The notes beneath the pieces were generated by a model. It saw only the letters and a program-made list of their open reading frames with translations, made no database searches and had not been told where the DNA came from. The translations under genes were made by a program, and so were the position numbers. A stretch of DNA of 64,000 bases from the IMG/VR virus record IMGVR_UViG_3300038530_003085, positions 1 to 64,000 of that record, one strand, 5' to 3'. Of this stretch, positions 9,557 through 19,161 are shown in pieces (position 1 is the stretch's first letter; each line of letters starts with the position of its first letter). The stretch is from a virus (lineage: Duplodnaviria; Caudoviricetes).

Positions 9557-10033
9557 TTACGCATCAAATGTTAATGTACCGTTATTGGTCTCAACAGAAA
9601 CAGTCCAACCTGAGACACTTGGGTCAATTTCAACAAAATTTGTTAGTGGAATTTCTACTTGAGCGCTCAAAGTTGTGAATCCTCTCTTATGATCATATTT
9701 CTCAGTTGAGTAATCAATGAGTTCAGTATCATAAAAATTTTCTGTTAACGTTTCTGCTAAGAAATCCTCAAAAGCAAAGCTACCACGTTCGTATTCTTCT
9801 AGAAAATCATTATCGCGAAGATGTTGGATAATATTCCCGCTCCATCGATTACGAGCATCAAGTTTTGTATTAGCAATAAGTGAAGCAAAATCGTAAATTA
9901 CACTCGTTTCATTCATTGCATCTTCAACTTCCGTTTCATTATGCACAAAAACATCGGTTCCTTCTTCTAAAGTTAGAGTAACCATTGCGTCTTCGGGCAA
10001 GTTTAGTGATTGTAGTCTTTTTACAACAGACAT
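9557..10033 (-). CDS. Acidic hypothetical protein
   Basis: 158-aa ORF with AGGAG SD. Confidence 0.7.
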   Translation of the reverse strand: MSVVKRLQSLNLPEDAMVTLTLEEGTDVFVHNETEVEDAMNETSVIYDFASLIANTKLDARNRWSGNIIQHLRDNDFLEEYERGSFAFEDFLAETLTENFYDTELIDYSTEKYDHKRGFTTLSAQVEIPLTNFVEIDPSVSGWTVSVETNNGTLTFDA

Positions 10034-10051
10034 GTTTTCTCCTATGTTAAA

Positions 10052-10127
10052 TGGCTGCCCCTCGCGGGCTTGAACCGCGGACCCAGCGATTAACAGTCGC
10101 TTGCTCTACCAACTGAGCTAAGGGGCA
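10052..10127 (-). tRNA. tRNA-Asn(GUU), canonical
   Basis: AGCGA-CTGTTAA-TCGCT; U1-A72, G73; encoded CCA; TTGACA-N17-TATAGT promoter upstream. Confidence 0.95.
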
Positions 10128-10149
10128 GTATACATTTACTATATTCTAT

Positions 10150-10473
10150 TTAAATGCTGTTGTCAACATTTTTTGCAATCCAGACAACTGAATACCCATC
10201 TTTAGTAATATTAATACTTTGTGTATTTATCTTAGTGGGACATAAACAATCATTTCTTATTTTTACTGCGATTAAATTTTTATTTGTACCACTTAAATAG
10301 TTCAATTTTTCATACTCACAATTTTTAACTATGATTGCAGTTGTCTCTGAAGGGTACATAAAATTATTGTGGCCTATTTCTGACAAAAAACAGATTGTAT
10401 TTTTACTATTATTAATTTCCATTACTTTCCCAAAGATAATTTTTCCATAATTCAGAAACTTGATTTTTCCCAA
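10150..10473 (-). CDS. Hypothetical protein (true start probably MEINN)
   Basis: ORF filling the gap in the operon. Confidence 0.5.
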   Translation of the reverse strand: MGKIKFLNYGKIIFGKVMEINNSKNTICFLSEIGHNNFMYPSETTAIIVKNCEYEKLNYLSGTNKNLIAVKIRNDCLCPTKINTQSINITKDGYSVVWIAKNVDNSI

Positions 10474-10948
10474 CAGAACGTAAAATATTATATTTAGGTT
10501 TTACTGGTTTACAGATTAATTTCATATTTGCCTGTTCAGGAGTTCTGTTACCTTTTTTCTGATTACATTTCTTACAAGCTGCTACTAAATTATCCCAAGT
10601 ATTTTTCCCACCTTTACTTTTAGGAACAATATGGTCTAAAGTTAGTTTATCACTTGGTAATTCTATACTACAGTATTGACATTGATTATTGTCTCTAAGG
10701 ATAATCTCTCTACGGTGCGCGGAGACAATTTGAAAATGAAACTTTACAAATCTTTTTAAAACAATTACTGCTGGCAATTTAAAACTTTCACTGACAGATT
10801 TTATTTCACTTGTATAATTTTCAATTGCTTGCGCTTTACCTATTAAACACAACACTAAAGCATCGACTGCATCTACAATTTCGATTGGTCTATAGGAGAT
10901 GTCAAGTTTTAGTGTCTTTACATTATTATTTAGAGAGGACGTTGCCAT
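10412..10948 (-). CDS. HNH endonuclease (McrA/HNH_5 type)
   Basis: RDNNQCQYC...LTLDHIVPKSKGG..TWDNLVAACKKCNQKKG. Confidence 0.92.
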   Translation of the reverse strand: MATSSLNNNVKTLKLDISYRPIEIVDAVDALVLCLIGKAQAIENYTSEIKSVSESFKLPAVIVLKRFVKFHFQIVSAHRREIILRDNNQCQYCSIELPSDKLTLDHIVPKSKGGKNTWDNLVAACKKCNQKKGNRTPEQANMKLICKPVKPKYNILRSVGKNQVSELWKNYLWESNGN

Positions 10949-10985
10949 ATCTTAACTAGTGTTTTACGCTTTAAGTTTTTTTACT

Positions 10986-11471
10986 CTATCTTCCAGAGTG
11001 TTTATTTCCTATGTTATTTTGCTCTTCTAATTCAGAACCACGATGTTTTCTAAACCTATCAACAAGATCACTAGATGCATCTGCTTTGTAGTCTCCACCA
11101 ATTCCCCAAAGTAATTCAACACCAATTTCTTCACATAAATTAATTTCCGGTGTATTAGTCTTACCTCTATCGCCACCATTTGCAAAATAAGTTGGTTTTA
11201 ATCTTCGTATTGCCTCACAAACTGTGCCATCACTATCATCTACGGAATCTACAAGAACAACACCCTTTAAAGCATTTAAAATTTCTGCTCGTCGGTCCCA
11301 GTTCATAAATACAAAACCTTTTTTTCTGTAAAGCCAATCGTCTGTATTGGCTATCACAATAACATCACCATATTGTGATGCCTCCAATATCATTCTAATA
11401 TGGCCGACGTGAACTGGATCAAAACCTCCAGAAACCATCACAGTCGGTCTTTTTTCATCATTTTCAGTCAT
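10986..11471 (-). CDS. HxGH cytidylyl/adenylyltransferase (TagD/RfaE/RibL-like)
   Basis: SGGFDPVHVGH, FANGGDR. Confidence 0.85.
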   Translation of the reverse strand: MTENDEKRPTVMVSGGFDPVHVGHIRMILEASQYGDVIVIANTDDWLYRKKGFVFMNWDRRAEILNALKGVVLVDSVDDSDGTVCEAIRRLKPTYFANGGDRGKTNTPEINLCEEIGVELLWGIGGDYKADASSDLVDRFRKHRGSELEEQNNIGNKHSGR

Positions 11472-11707
11472 GACTGATTCTCCTTAATAGTTAAAAGCTG
11501 TTCTATGACTTTTTTAAACTCACCGGTGTCTAAAATACAAATTTCATAATCATAAAATTCATTTTTATTGTCATATACATTTATTATAACAGCTTTTTTA
11601 GAAATGTTTTTTAATATTTCAGAGCTTATAGAGGTATCGTTTTTAAAAGGTTGATAAAAAACTATGTCATCAATTTTAAATTTTTTCACACTCATAAACA
11701 ATATCAC
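11468..11707 (-). CDS. Small SH3/KOW-like protein
   Basis: FKIDDIVF ... AVII ... YEI pattern. Confidence 0.5.
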   Translation of the reverse strand: MILFMSVKKFKIDDIVFYQPFKNDTSISSEILKNISKKAVIINVYDNKNEFYDYEICILDTGEFKKVIEQLLTIKENQS

Positions 11708-11936
11708 TTTCTTGATAGTGCTTTAATAAGTAAACTGGTATTGCTTCAAACTTTTTAGTATTTAGCCAGTAAACTTTAGCAATTTGATGACTGTAAGTCA
11801 TTGAGGGATTAGTTTTGTGTTGATAAACTTTTAGTACAATTCCAACTCTAGCTTTCATAGGAGTATTGAAATACGCAATATAGTTGACTTCTTCGACTAT
11901 ATCTCCAACTTCAATAGATTCCAACCCAGCAGTCAC
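11676..11936 (-). CDS. Small SH3/KOW-like protein
   Basis: IEVGDIV ... VGIVL ... KVYW pattern. Confidence 0.55.
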   Translation of the reverse strand: MTAGLESIEVGDIVEEVNYIAYFNTPMKARVGIVLKVYQHKTNPSMTYSHQIAKVYWLNTKKFEAIPVYLLKHYQESDIVYECEKI

Positions 11937-11942
11937 AATACA

Positions 11943-12140
11943 TTAATTATCTTTCATATTTCTCAATCTGATTTTTTCTGCATAATCTCTTTTTTGAAAA
12001 ACAACTCTATCAACTTCCTCAGTCTCTAAATCATAAACATCTTTTATTTCCCAGAGAGCTTCTTCCATTTGGTCATGAGATATTCTATTTTTTTTCTGTA
12101 CAGGTTCAGGAGTGCTAAACCATTTTTTCCATTTAAACAT
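11943..12140 (-). CDS. Hypothetical protein (start reassigned to MFKWK)
   Basis: GAGG SD and ACTATTTA motif upstream; the longer ORF would overlap the tmRNA 3' end. Confidence 0.55.
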   Translation of the reverse strand: MFKWKKWFSTPEPVQKKNRISHDQMEEALWEIKDVYDLETEEVDRVVFQKRDYAEKIRLRNMKDN

Positions 12141-12176
12141 GATCGTCCTCAACCTTAAATAGTTTATTTTATAAAA

Positions 12177-12514
12177 TGGTGGAGATGGCGGGAGTCGAAC
12201 CCGCGTCCAGAATACTTCCAATTGTAGTCATTCACAAGCTTATTCAGTTTCTTTACCAAACTGACAAAGATAGATGGTAATAAAACAATGCTTACCATCT
12301 TGTTGCATTGAGTTTTTTGATTTTTACAACTTGTCTGTTGTGTTGATTAGATTGGATAGAAGGCTCTAATCAGCCTCCCGATTAAGCAGCTAAACGAGCA
12401 GCTTCGTCGAAGTGTAAGTTGTTATTTGCAACTAAATTATTTGAACTGTTGAGGTCGTATCTAACCTGCTTGCACTATTCTTCTTCTTTACCCTGTCGAA
12501 GCCTAATCATCCCC
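12177..12514 (-). ncRNA. ssrA: tmRNA; tag (A)ANNNLHFDEAARLAA encoded at 12429-12382
   Basis: 5' GGGGATGA..TTCGAC; 3' GACGCGGGTTCGACTCCCGCCATCTCCACCA with G3-U70; resume codon GCA; tag ends LAA. Confidence 0.95.
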
Positions 12515-12716
12515 TTGTATTTTTTATAATCACACCTAACGGTGCATAATTTACACCGTCAAGCCAAATTCTTATTTCTTTATTGACCTTTTTCTTATCG
12601 CAAAATGTATAGCCAATACTTTTTTTAGCGGCCTTAAGCGCTGCGTTTTCAGTTGAATGCTTGCTTATAAGTTCACCTTGAATATAATTTCCGTTATACT
12701 TATAAACTTTCCACAT
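12507..12716 (-). CDS. Small basic hypothetical protein
   Basis: GGAG SD; stop codon lies within the tmRNA 5' end. Confidence 0.55.
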   Translation of the reverse strand: MWKVYKYNGNYIQGELISKHSTENAALKAAKKSIGYTFCDKKKVNKEIRIWLDGVNYAPLGVIIKNTRG

Positions 12717-13312
12717 TATTGTAATCTCCTGATAATATCGTTAACATATGTAGTACTAAACCCAGTATGGATATATTGAATAATACCATCTTTATCAATA
12801 TACACATAAGTTGGAAATCCAGTAATATTGTAACCCTCGACCCCATTTCCAATAGGATCAAATATTAAATCTCTGCTAGCATACAATACAGGTGCAGTTG
12901 TGATTTCATGACTATTAACCCACTCATCTAATTCGTCATCTGTGGGTGGAAGACCTGCTGTGTAGCCGTCAATTAATAAAGTTGCCATAACTACATCTGA
13001 ATATTGATCTTGTATTTGTTGTGTGAAAGAACCAGCAAATTGGCAAGGACCACACCACATAGCAGAAAAGTCTAACACAACAATTTTATTGTTTTGTTTT
13101 TTTAGCTGCCAAATATCCTTATCTTGGTCATATAATACAATGTTGCAAGCCTTGTCACCAACTCCAAATTGCATACAGTCACTGGAACCTATAACACCAA
13201 ATTCTGTGGGAATTTCATCTACTTGCTCACTTTGAGTGTCACTAACTTCTGTGGTTTCTAGTTTTGATGGTCCACAGGCCATTAAGCTAATTAATAAACT
13301 AATCATTTTCAA
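12716..13312 (-). CDS. TlpA/ResA-like thioredoxin-fold lipoprotein
   Basis: LMAC lipobox-like signal; DFSAMWCGPC; GFPTYVYIDKDG. Confidence 0.85.
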   Translation of the reverse strand: MKMISLLISLMACGPSKLETTEVSDTQSEQVDEIPTEFGVIGSSDCMQFGVGDKACNIVLYDQDKDIWQLKKQNNKIVVLDFSAMWCGPCQFAGSFTQQIQDQYSDVVMATLLIDGYTAGLPPTDDELDEWVNSHEITTAPVLYASRDLIFDPIGNGVEGYNITGFPTYVYIDKDGIIQYIHTGFSTTYVNDIIRRLQ

Positions 13313-13634
13313 AATAATCCCTTGTTTTAAAATCTTTTAAATGTTTCATATATTCTGCATAAGTTAGACCCAAGAAACGAGCAGCATCTTTTTTACTTTT
13401 AGCAACTGATAGGGAAAACTTCAATATACCATCTTTAACAATATACGGTGTTCGTCTCCATATGTCAAAACCATAAAGGCGACTGCTAATATTCTTTGAC
13501 GCTAGTTCAAGTTTTATTGCTATCAGATCTTCTAAGGTTAAACTATTAATACAAACTAATAACTGATCACTAACTTTATTTTGATTTTTTAATTTAGTGA
13601 TAGTTGATATATTTGATAGTTTGTTAGTATTCAT
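13299..13634 (-). CDS. Hypothetical protein with possible C-terminal Fis-type HTH
   Basis: KKDAARFLGLT; promoter TTGACA-N17-TACACT at 13682-13710. Confidence 0.5.
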   Translation of the reverse strand: MNTNKLSNISTITKLKNQNKVSDQLLVCINSLTLEDLIAIKLELASKNISSRLYGFDIWRRTPYIVKDGILKFSLSVAKSKKDAARFLGLTYAEYMKHLKDFKTRDYFEND

Positions 13635-13727
13635 ATACTATGATAATCACAGTGATAGTTAAGAGTGATTGTCACAAACAAAGTGTAACGTTGAATTTAA
13701 ATCTTGTCAAGTATTTTTTTAAAAAAA

Positions 13728-14516
13728 TTAAATATCTAATTCGATTGCATCATCCGGTGCTGACATTTCGCCGGGCTCTTGAGTTTGATCATCTTTATCT
13801 TGTTGAGCCATATCGTATGCTTTGTTAGTAGGCTCAGGTACTTCTGGAGAAAGTTCCTCTTCAAATTTATTAAAATACATTTTGAGATTAGCGATTAAGT
13901 AATCATAAAATAATTCTTGATCTTCAGGATCAGATAGCAGCTCATACGAATCAATAACATTTGTTTCTATTTTTTTGTATGATTCATACGCCATATTGCG
14001 TCCTGTCTCATCACCATCTATACCTTTTCCAAACATATCTTTTGGATCTTCTTGCTTTTCTGCATCATCTGCAGATTTTTCAGCAGGTGTGCGAATATCA
14101 ATAAACTTATCGTTATCAGCAGTGCGACCAACATCAATATCAATTACTTCCTCTAGATCCCCTTCTTCATCACCTGCCTCGTTATTCATAATTGCAGGAG
14201 TCAAGGAGTTTTCCACAGCGTTAACAATGTGGGCCCTGTATGAGCTTCTTTGACTTTCGTTTGTTGTTAAAGATTTATAATCTTCCTCTAAAATTGGAAT
14301 AATCTTTTTTAACAGTTGTTCCAAAACATTGATACCAGTTGATTTATTTGGTGTAGGATCAACATCAGGAGTGTTCTCTTCGATCTTCATAAATTCACGA
14401 ATTATTTGACGCAATTTATCTTCTTGTTCATTTACGATATTTTGACGTTTATTCTTGACAGCACGAATCGCAAGTCTTATACTTTCTCTGAGAGTTTTCT
14501 CTTCATTTGGGTTCAT
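13728..14516 (-). CDS. Acidic hypothetical protein, probable virion/internal protein
   Basis: LRES/IIRE/LEE motifs. Confidence 0.6.
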   Translation of the reverse strand: MNPNEEKTLRESIRLAIRAVKNKRQNIVNEQEDKLRQIIREFMKIEENTPDVDPTPNKSTGINVLEQLLKKIIPILEEDYKSLTTNESQRSSYRAHIVNAVENSLTPAIMNNEAGDEEGDLEEVIDIDVGRTADNDKFIDIRTPAEKSADDAEKQEDPKDMFGKGIDGDETGRNMAYESYKKIETNVIDSYELLSDPEDQELFYDYLIANLKMYFNKFEEELSPEVPEPTNKAYDMAQQDKDDQTQEPGEMSAPDDAIELDI

Positions 14517-16573
14517 TGGGTAATGCCTCTTTTCATAATTAGTTCGATAACTTCATCAATCAAACTTAAATCCATATATTCATTTGTTTTCTTTTTCTTT
14601 TTGGGCCTTTTAGCCGACCCATATCCCAAAGGGGCTGAGTATCCTGCTACCGCCCCTCCAGCCATAGATGATATCTCTGATACGGATTCTAATCCTAATA
14701 TATTGAGCACTGAAGCTACATTTCCTCCACCAACAAAGTCTTCTAACATTTTACGAGCTACATCGCTCTTAGTTGCTTCTACCAATACAAATCTAAGATC
14801 ACTAGCGTGGAATTGTTCTGGATCTTTGCCGGCTTTGACACTTGGCATATTGTTATACAGTTCAGATTGCTTTTCTCTTTCTGAGTTTAACAAAGCTACG
14901 TATTCATCAGAATGCTTTGATGGCTCTACACCAGTGACTGGCACCAATTCAACTCCTTGCTTAATGTACTTTGCTGCTCCAGCCCAACGTTTACAATCAC
15001 CACCCTTATTGCTGCATCCTAGTGCTACTTTATCACCAACATTAACAGGCCCATCTTCACCAACATACTCATATGCTGCTGTCAAGGGTGAAGCATGTGG
15101 CGATATTCTAATATCGACATTATCCACTCCAGCAGTTAAAATTTTCCATATGGCCTCAGAATCTGCAGCAGTAATTTCTCTGCCATTTGGTAACTTTCTA
15201 CCACTTTTAGTTGGTTTAGATATCAATACAATAACCTCATCAGCAATATTAGCATATGCGCGCACCATATCTAAGTGCCCCTTGTGAGGTGGTTTAAACG
15301 CACCCGGGACAATTGCAATAGTTTTAGGATAGTCTCCATCAACAACCGGATCATCATCCTCGTCGCCTATATCAAATTCATCTTCTTGTTCATTAATTTC
15401 GCCTGAGAACTTGTCACCTTTATCTACAGCAAAATTAGCTCTACTAAATTCTAAGCGGTCTACAAACTTGATTCCGTTACCTCTGTGGTCAACTGCTACG
15501 TAACCTTCGGGATTACTGGCTACCAAATCACCTGAGCCATCATCAACAAAATGTTTTGTGTTATAAACAGCATTGTTGTATTTTTGAATAAAAATGTTTT
15601 TGGCTTCAAATAATAATCGACTTACCTTAAAAATATTAAGGATATCATCTTTTCTTTGTGAAAAAGATTGTAAAGTTTGTTGAGCATTTTGTGTTGCTTT
15701 CTGTTTACCTTTATCACTTTTTAATTTGTTTATTTTATTTTGAACTCTTCCAGAGTACCAATTATTAAATCCATCGAACGACTTTTCAGGATCATCTAAG
15801 AAGCTACCAGCTTTTATTTCACTATTAATGTAAATGTTTAATAATGAAAATGGTAAATCATCATAATTTATTTGACTATTGACATCGTCAGCTTCTTTAA
15901 CTAGTCTAATAATTTCGGCCTCTTCATCATCTGTAAGAGTTACAATACCAGTATCATCGGTAAAAAATGCGTCGTCAAACCAAACACCCGGTGCCCGACG
16001 TAACCCTGAGATATCTGCACCAAAACTAGCTCCACTGTCTAAGCTATCATAAGTTGTATGAAATACAATTCCAAACTTAGCTTGCTCAATTTGTCTACCA
16101 AGGTCGGAATCAACAGGCACGGCATATACGATAGTATTTGGTTTAAATTTATAGTGCGGCTCACCATCAATATTAGCAGTGCTAATCATTTCATCATCAA
16201 ACATAAAGTCACCCTGTAGGATATTTTTTATGTTTAGCGCTGGGAGATACTGCAGCGCTTTGGTGAGTTTATCCACAAGCCCCGGGGCATGCCCGTGATT
16301 CTTGACAATATCATCTTTTGTATAATTAATTTTTGGAACTTTATTAAAGATCGATTTAGTGCCGACAAAGAATTTACCGTTCTCAGGATTAGTACCAGCG
16401 AATATAGCAGGCGCTCCGTCCCATTTGACGGACGTTTGAATCTTAGAGGAGGTATTACCCTTTAAAGACTTTAAAAGCTCTAGAAGGAAGGTTCTAGCCT
16501 TTTTATAGCCCTCTGGACCTTGTGTTAAGACCAACTCTTCAAGATGGGTAAGGTGAGTATTAGCTTTCGCCAT
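14513..16573 (-). CDS. DUF6267-like (KxDG nucleotidyltransferase-like) domain fused to HxGH nucleotidyltransferase
   Basis: NTHLTHLEE, SVKWDGAPA, QGDFMF, PEGYV, IKFVDRLEFS; then PGAFKPPHKGH. Confidence 0.7.
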   Translation of the reverse strand: MAKANTHLTHLEELVLTQGPEGYKKARTFLLELLKSLKGNTSSKIQTSVKWDGAPAIFAGTNPENGKFFVGTKSIFNKVPKINYTKDDIVKNHGHAPGLVDKLTKALQYLPALNIKNILQGDFMFDDEMISTANIDGEPHYKFKPNTIVYAVPVDSDLGRQIEQAKFGIVFHTTYDSLDSGASFGADISGLRRAPGVWFDDAFFTDDTGIVTLTDDEEAEIIRLVKEADDVNSQINYDDLPFSLLNIYINSEIKAGSFLDDPEKSFDGFNNWYSGRVQNKINKLKSDKGKQKATQNAQQTLQSFSQRKDDILNIFKVSRLLFEAKNIFIQKYNNAVYNTKHFVDDGSGDLVASNPEGYVAVDHRGNGIKFVDRLEFSRANFAVDKGDKFSGEINEQEDEFDIGDEDDDPVVDGDYPKTIAIVPGAFKPPHKGHLDMVRAYANIADEVIVLISKPTKSGRKLPNGREITAADSEAIWKILTAGVDNVDIRISPHASPLTAAYEYVGEDGPVNVGDKVALGCSNKGGDCKRWAGAAKYIKQGVELVPVTGVEPSKHSDEYVALLNSEREKQSELYNNMPSVKAGKDPEQFHASDLRFVLVEATKSDVARKMLEDFVGGGNVASVLNILGLESVSEISSMAGGAVAGYSAPLGYGSAKRPKKKKKTNEYMDLSLIDEVIELIMKRGITQ

Positions 16574-16827
16574 TATTCTTCCCCTGTAACCGACTCTTCT
16601 AAAATATTAAGTTTTTCTTGGAGGACACCAATATCATTTTGCATTTTGCGGGCAAATCTCTTAACTTCGCGTAGATGCTGCTTAGCTAGCTGCATTCTGC
16701 GTTTTTCAGTTAACGTTCTTGGTTTTAGATTGGAAATAATTTCTTGGAGACCTTGAATATAAGTAAAGATAGTCTTTTCATCAACACTCTCAGTTAAGAA
16801 ATCCCTCCACGCTTTGTCTAATGACAT
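16573..16827 (-). CDS. Small helical hypothetical protein
   Basis: GAGGA SD; WRDFLTE N-terminal motif. Confidence 0.6.
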   Translation of the reverse strand: MSLDKAWRDFLTESVDEKTIFTYIQGLQEIISNLKPRTLTEKRRMQLAKQHLREVKRFARKMQNDIGVLQEKLNILEESVTGEE

Positions 16828-16922
16828 TGGTTGTTCCTCTTTAGAATATAATAACAGTAATTTTTGAATAAATTTATTGCGACTTTTTTTAAGTTCAACT
16901 TTTATACTTTAGAGACATTTTA

Positions 16923-17855
16923 TTAGCCCCTTAAGTGCTTACGAAGAACAGCAGCGATGGCTTCCTTTAATTCTTGTTGAGAATCAGATTCTTCCATGGC
17001 TTTATCATCATCGTCGCTATGAGCTTCTTCTTCCATCTTAGGCTTGCCATCATCATCGTCGTGACCTTCGCCTTCTTCCATTGTCTCATCGTCGTGTTCT
17101 TCACCTTCTTCCATTCTGTCATCATCTTCACCATGACCTTCACCTTCTTCCATTCTGTCATCATCTTCACCATGGCCTTCACCTTCTTCCATATTCTTTT
17201 CATCATCACGGCGATCTCTTTGAAGTTTTGGACGGCGAGGTCTTTCTGTTCTTTTAGCCATAGCTAATTCTTCAACAGCTTCTTCATCACCTTCACCTTC
17301 GGTTTGTATTTCGCCTGTACCGTTAAAGGCGTCAAACTCTTCTAGAGTATTAAATTTAAATCCCCAAGCTTCTGCTAACAGGGTGCGAATTTCTTCGTTT
17401 TTCCAATCTTTTGTAGACATCTTTTTATCTCCTTTTTGTAGATGTTCGTAATAAATAGTGTTTTCTTTCTTTAACATATCCTCAAAATCTCTTAAAGTCA
17501 TACTTCCGTCGCGATTTGCTTCTTGTTCCATACGTCTCAAATGAGGATCTTTTTGTGCATATCCCGGGCCCATATCATCAGAATCGCTAAACATACCATC
17601 ACAATTTTGTTTATGGTGAACCAATTCATGACCAAGTGACCTTAAAATGTCTTTCGGGTGACGACCTGTAACGTAGAGTGTGACAGACATATTATTTGGA
17701 TCATAGAATGCAGTTTTACCTAATGGATTATTAGCGTTTTCTGAATCACGTCTTAAAAATAATCTTGGTGGTTTTTCAAATCCAATTTGCTTTTGAGCAA
17801 AGGGCATAAACTTTCTTATTAAATTTTTAAGAATATCGTTTTTATCATAGACCAT
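16923..17855 (-). CDS. Zincin-motif protein with acidic tandem repeats
   Basis: RSLGHELVH..EQEAN; MEEGEGHGEDDDR repeats. Confidence 0.65.
   Translation of the reverse strand: MVYDKNDILKNLIRKFMPFAQKQIGFEKPPRLFLRRDSENANNPLGKTAFYDPNNMSVTLYVTGRHPKDILRSLGHELVHHKQNCDGMFSDSDDMGPGYAQKDPHLRRMEQEANRDGSMTLRDFEDMLKKENTIYYEHLQKGDKKMSTKDWKNEEIRTLLAEAWGFKFNTLEEFDAFNGTGEIQTEGEGDEEAVEELAMAKRTERPRRPKLQRDRRDDEKNMEEGEGHGEDDDRMEEGEGHGEDDDRMEEGEEHDDETMEEGEGHDDDDGKPKMEEEAHSDDDDKAMEESDSQQELKEAIAAVLRKHLRG
17041..17192 (-). repeat. Coding tandem repeat, unit about 36-39 bp, about 4 copies
   Basis: tcaccttcttccattctgtcatcatcttcaccatg repeated almost exactly at 17101 and 17140. Confidence 0.85.
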
Positions 17856-17886
17856 TGTAAATTAAATAGTAGTTTGTAAACTGTAA

Positions 17887-18147
17887 TCAATCGTTTTTTT
17901 TGTTTGTGATTACTGGACTTAAATAGATTGTAAATAATTCAATTAACTTACTATCGTCTGAATTGATAGGTTTGATAGTTGATATTGATACCACACGGTC
18001 TGAAACTACTTTATTATCTATTGAAACTAAAATACCAAAATTTGATATCCACTCTTCCTTTTCAATACTCCATTTTGACCATTTTACGATATCGCCGACT
18101 TCAAAATCTTCAGCTAATCCTGAACCAAAGGGCCCTTTTTCATCCAT
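17887..18147 (-). CDS. Small SH3/KOW-like protein
   Basis: FEVGDIVKW ... FGILV. Confidence 0.55.
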   Translation of the reverse strand: MDEKGPFGSGLAEDFEVGDIVKWSKWSIEKEEWISNFGILVSIDNKVVSDRVVSISTIKPINSDDSKLIELFTIYLSPVITNKKND

Positions 18148-18340
18148 TATAATAAACCATCCAAGAACATATGCCTTTACCTAAATATGAATGACATTTA
18201 TTTAGTGCTTGATCATAGTCCTTGATAGGTCTGCTAATTTTTATATTTCCATTTTCGATCCATTTTACAAGAACTAAATTAGACGAAGAAATAGAATTTT
18301 TACCGTCAAAACGGTAATACTTTTTATTTTGTATGCCCAC
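18140..18340 (-). CDS. Hypothetical protein
   Basis: ORF overlapping the next start. Confidence 0.45.
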   Translation of the reverse strand: MGIQNKKYYRFDGKNSISSSNLVLVKWIENGNIKISRPIKDYDQALNKCHSYLGKGICSWMVYYNG

Positions 18341-18511
18341 AAAATAAATAGATACAAATTTATATATGTGTTTGAGATGTGGTGAAATTAGTACAAAATA
18401 TTAGTGACAATATTGTGACGACAGTAATTTCAAAACCAACAAACGTATAGGATAACCAGCTAGCTATTACAAATAATAAACTTTTCCAAAATTTATTAAA
18501 TACAAATAACA

Positions 18512-18802
18512 TTAATTAAATTCCTTTTGATAGACAATATCAGCGTCTATGTGAACTAGTCTACCACAAGTTGTATAAATTAGTAACTTGTTATCTTTCT
18601 CATATTCATCTAAAATATAAACATTTTGATTTGTGTAAATTTTAACAAACGAACGACTTTCTGGCTGAAAACAAAATATATACCCATTCTTATTACTTTC
18701 AATACCACACTCAGGAACTAAATCAATCTCTTCATCTATCTCACCCGATAACTGCTTTATTATTTGTCTAATTAACTTTTTTTGTTGTTCAAGCTTCGAC
18801 AT
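18512..18802 (-). CDS. Hypothetical protein
   Basis: ORF in operon. Confidence 0.55.
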   Translation of the reverse strand: MSKLEQQKKLIRQIIKQLSGEIDEEIDLVPECGIESNKNGYIFCFQPESRSFVKIYTNQNVYILDEYEKDNKLLIYTTCGRLVHIDADIVYQKEFN

Positions 18803-18803
18803 A

Positions 18804-19121
18804 TTAAAACATTTTTGACCAAGCTAAAATTAAACCCATCATTGTTTGAACTGCCATAAAAATAGCTATTGATTTTGTTTTAAAAGTTTTTAAATCTTCA
18901 ATGTCATCAAACGCGGCTTTTAATTGTGGTGGTGATGCAATATCATCCATCTTATCTTTCCAAGCTTTCAAATCTTGAACACGGTCTTCTTTAGCTTTAA
19001 GTTCAGTAAGTTGATCTTTTACATGTTGTAATTCTTCACGTAAGCCTTCAATACCACCGGATAAGGTTTCAAGCTGCTGTAAAACTAGTTTTGAATATGT
19101 ATCCCAACCATTTTGACTCAT
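18804..19121 (-). CDS. Coiled-coil protein with C-terminal TM helix (start MSQNG)
   Basis: GAGG SD; ACTACTTA motif upstream; hydrophobic C-terminus. Confidence 0.6.
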   Translation of the reverse strand: MSQNGWDTYSKLVLQQLETLSGGIEGLREELQHVKDQLTELKAKEDRVQDLKAWKDKMDDIASPPQLKAAFDDIEDLKTFKTKSIAIFMAVQTMMGLILAWSKMF

Positions 19122-19161
19122 TATCAATACCTCGCAATAATAAGTAGTTTTAAATGACTTG

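Noticed and set aside
12141-12221. N-terminal extension of ORF 11943-12221
   Set aside because: WTRVRLPPSPP is the tmRNA 3' end read as protein
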